Positions 61,001-64,000 of a DNA stretch of 64,000 bases are shown one piece after another. The translations under genes were made by a program, and so were the position numbers. The stretch is from Takakia lepidozioides (Eukaryota > Plantae > Bryophyta): assembly GCA_030704615.1 (NCBI GenBank), contig CM060731.1, positions 48,608,001 to 48,672,000 on the forward strand, in the 5' to 3' direction. The notes under the pieces are model-generated. The model saw only the letters and a program-made list of their open reading frames with translations, was not told the DNA's origin and made no database searches. Each line of letters starts with the position of its first letter. The stretch's first letter is position 1.

Positions 61001-61931
61001 GGCCACTGTGTACACAATGTTCACTCACAAGGTAGGAAGACACAAAACTAGCAGTAACAACATACACAGGGTAGGACAAATGATTGCACAAGATGGATTG
61101 AGCCGCCATCTTCCTAGATATCCCGTACAGCCGTCTTTGCACCAAAGCCACACCGAACCTAGGCTATCATAACTAAAACACCCAAGCCGTCAAATTACAA
61201 TGCAAATGCCCCCATCTCCACCATATTCCTCTACCCGGGGGATATTCTTTTATCCTCTAAGAGTTAGGATATTCAATATTGATGATCAAGGCTTTCAGAA
61301 CACCTTTCAACTACAAGAGTAAAATCTGCGATGGTGGGTGCTGTGTGTACTCTTTGCTGTAGCTGGGCTAGCTCTCCTGAGGTCGCAGAGAAAAAGGCCC
61401 AGTCTAGATTTCCTGTTTGCAGTGAATTGGAGGGAAGCCTCGCAGCATGCAAAAGATTAACTGTCCAGGCTGTGACACTGGAAAAGGTATAATCCAGCTT
61501 CACCCGACTCTGGTGAATGATGACTTGGGTGCCTCCCAAGCCTCCAGACCTTCCCCAAAAAGCTATGGACATGGAATCTCTCCAAAATCTTATGGGTGTG
61601 TTGTTGGATGTTGGTGAATTGAGCAAACCGATAGATCAGTACAAGCATCGCACTCTATCAACTCTCGGTCATTCGGTCAGAGAGATAGCAAAATTATCCA
61701 AATTATAGTCAATCTTAAGAATGAAGAACAAATATTTATTGTTCAGGAAAATATAGAATTGTAAGGAATAGCTTACCTTCCTAGAGGTAATCTCAGTTTC
61801 AGGATTAAAGCAGTCTCATTTTTCCCATCCTGAAAAAGAAAAAAGGAGGAAAAGAAATTTGTTTTATTTTTTTATTTTAAAAAGGAAACCTGCCCACAAT
61901 CAGGCCTTTGAGGAGGGGGAATTGTTTTTTG

Positions 61932-62649
61932 TGTCTATAAAGGATGCTCAATCAGAGTTGCAGAAGACCATCACTTGGACCAAGAAGAGTGGAAAGGGAA
62001 GACAAGAATGGAATGTAGCATGTGTTGATAGTGACATTCATCCTCACAAGCTGAAGACTCCAGTGAAAACCAAGTTTGCTTCCAAATTGATCATCTTTCA
62101 AGAAACTTTGGAATTTCGGCAAGCTATCATTACTTGTTATTCTAGGCAGGCTTCACTGTCTTTGCAATCTCGCATACCAAGCCCACAAGTGTGGGCAATT
62201 GCAAAGTCTATTTCCACGGTTCTCGGACCTGTGGTTCATGAGTGTGTTATAAACCAGTCCGGCGGATACTGGCTGTTGTCTGATGCTCTTGCTGCAGCAA
62301 TTACAACTTATGTACGCATGTGAGCCGAGAGTGTTCGAAGCTTGGGTACAGTGGATTATCACATTGGGGATTTTGATGCAGAGTTGCAATTGTTAGAATG
62401 GCGGATGGCTCAGGAGATGGTGCATGTATTGGGGCAATTTCTCTCATTTTTTGAAGGAGTTCAACCATTAAAAGCCCACAATATGTTGGCGCTGATGCTT
62501 GATCCGCGTTTCAAGGGATTATCCTTGGTGACACAATATGTGGGCAGAGAACATGGACGTATCATTATTCGGCAATATGACACCTTGGTGTTGGAGCCTC
62601 TTTCGGTCAAATGTTTCAAGATCATTCACCCGGATACTACGACCCAGCC
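61932..62649 (+). pseudogene. hAT-like transposase fragment
   Basis: LQKTITWTKKSGKGRQEW..LKTPVKTKFAS (the hAT TRWNS-equivalent region) and ALMLDPRFK; truncated by an LTR insertion. Confidence 0.65.
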
Positions 62650-64000
62650 TGTCATGGCCCTTTCCCTTGAGGGCAGGGGGTCGGGACGCAGAGGGGCTGC
62701 CCCTGTGGTGGGGGCGGTGGCAGCAATAGGTACGGGGGGCTGAAGCACCCTTGAGTGCCTTGGGCACTCAAGGAGGCGGAGGCGCTCACTAGGTGGAGCC
62801 CCGCACACCGGGTTGCGGTGGGGGTGGCTCCACAAGGGGTGGTGGTAGCTTAGTGGGACTTAGTGGGGGGTGACATAGGACTCACCATGGAGCGGAGACC
62901 TGGTGATGGGAGTCGTGGGGAGTCTTGGGACTCACCACGGTCCAATGGGGCCGTGGTGGGTAGGCCAAGACTCACCGCGACTCATCACCGGGAATCGAGG
63001 GTCTTCGTGGTGGTTCGCCATAAAATGACATGGTTCTTTGTGAAACAACCGCGGACAGTCACAGAAGTATATATAGGGAGTAGTAACCCCGAGAACGGTG
63101 CAAGCCCGTTGGTGACCAATAACTAGTGAGTAAGCGAGCGAGCCGGAAAGCGACCAAAGAGTGGGGAGCTATTCCGGACTGCCATCTACCAAAGGGAATT
63201 TCCACTAGTCCCAAATTGGTGGAGGGTCTGTTGGGGGAAGAAAGGGGGACTGTTATGTCCCGGTGAGCAGCCGAAGCTCCGAGTTGGCCCGGCGGCCAGG
63301 TTGGGAGTTAGGCGCACGCATCAAAGCGAGTAACTATGACTTAAAGGGGAGCTTACCAAAGTGAGGTGCACGACACTTGGTATCAGAGCTTAGAGTTCAG
63401 TACGCGATCGTCCTTGGGATCGGCCTCATGTGGTCGGGCAAGCCAAAATAAAAGCGGAACGGCCCGAAAGATGATGATCCTGGTGAGCCCGATGGGGGCG
63501 ACGTGTCACCGAAGCGGCCATTTGAGGAAGCGATGCATGCTTTTGAAAATGAGGCCACTCAAAAACGGGAGGAATCTGAGGAGTCGGAGCCCGAGGAATC
63601 TCTGAGAGCTCCGAGAGACCAACAGATGCCTCCCATGGGAAGGGTTGTTGGCGCAGTTTGGCGGGACGTTGAAAGACGTGTTGAAGGCGGCTAATTTAAG
63701 GTGAAGCCTAAGGAACTCGGCACCTTCGAGGGCGTCCAAAATCGGAAGGCACTCAACACCTGGCTCTTGGAGCTAGAGCAGTACTTCCGGGCAGCCAAGT
63801 TGAGTGACGAGGATCGGGTGGAAGTGGCTCCCAACTATTTGAGGGCTTTGCTCAACAATGGTGGCAGAAACGCCTTCACGACCGAGGTCCAAACCCGGAA
63901 ACCTTGAACTGGAGTGGGTTCAAGGAACTGATGAAGAGACAGTTTGTGCCCCTCAACGCGTCCTGGCTTGCCCAGGACAAGATGAGGAATCTGAAGCAAA
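62650..64000 (+). mobile_element. 5' end of a second copy of the Galadriel-like chromovirus (LTR 62650-63375, PBS, gag start)
   Basis: Reverse complement of 19738-20475. TGTCAT...CGACA termini, PBS TGGTATCAGAGC at 63378, gag KELGTFEG..WLLELEQYFRAA. Confidence 0.93.

Larger units (their letters stand above)
855..61930. repeat. Large decayed inverted segmental duplication
   Basis: Reverse-complement pairs: 855-1514/61270-61930, 7164-9271/~59114-61265, 11734-12051/~58528-58846, ~21355-25745/~48270-52555, ~29610-29825/~47590-47800. PAL block ~1150-5350/~36290-40410. Confidence 0.85.

Noticed and set aside
855-61930. Inverted arms as an assembly fold-back artefact
   Set aside because: The arms differ by many substitutions, indels and arm-specific TE insertions with TSDs.

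Overview
Repeat-rich, eukaryotic nuclear DNA from a land plant, probably a bryophyte or other non-seed plant. That is inferred from the intronless PAL genes, a PLS-type PPR fragment and half-tRNA-primed copia elements. Host-gene content: two oppositely oriented phenylalanine ammonia-lyase copies, both frameshifted as assembled; the 5' end of a PLATZ-like zinc-finger gene running off the left edge; five mostly decayed short F-box genes; and orphan gene fragments. The window is a large, decayed inverted duplication (left arm ~0.9-29.8 kb, right arm ~47.6-61.9 kb), and the right arm lacks the 5.6-kb PAL segment. Transposons with defined ends: a full-length chromodomain Ty3/gypsy element (Galadriel-like, TSD TAATG) plus a second copy at the right edge, two non-autonomous CACTA families (3-bp TSDs), a near-intact hAT element (8-bp TSD) and a TA-targeting MITE. 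Also present are an L1-like LINE and three copia remnants with a GGTTATGGGCCCA PBS. The most unusual object occurs in both arms: a Ty3/gypsy-like element with gag, then a -1 frameshift signal (U-UUA-AAC plus hairpin/pseudoknot), then protease, a degenerate dUTPase, RT and RNase H. A co-oriented orphan ORF lies upstream and can be rebuilt by removing a CACTA insertion. All coordinates, translations and similarities were read by eye, and no database search was possible.
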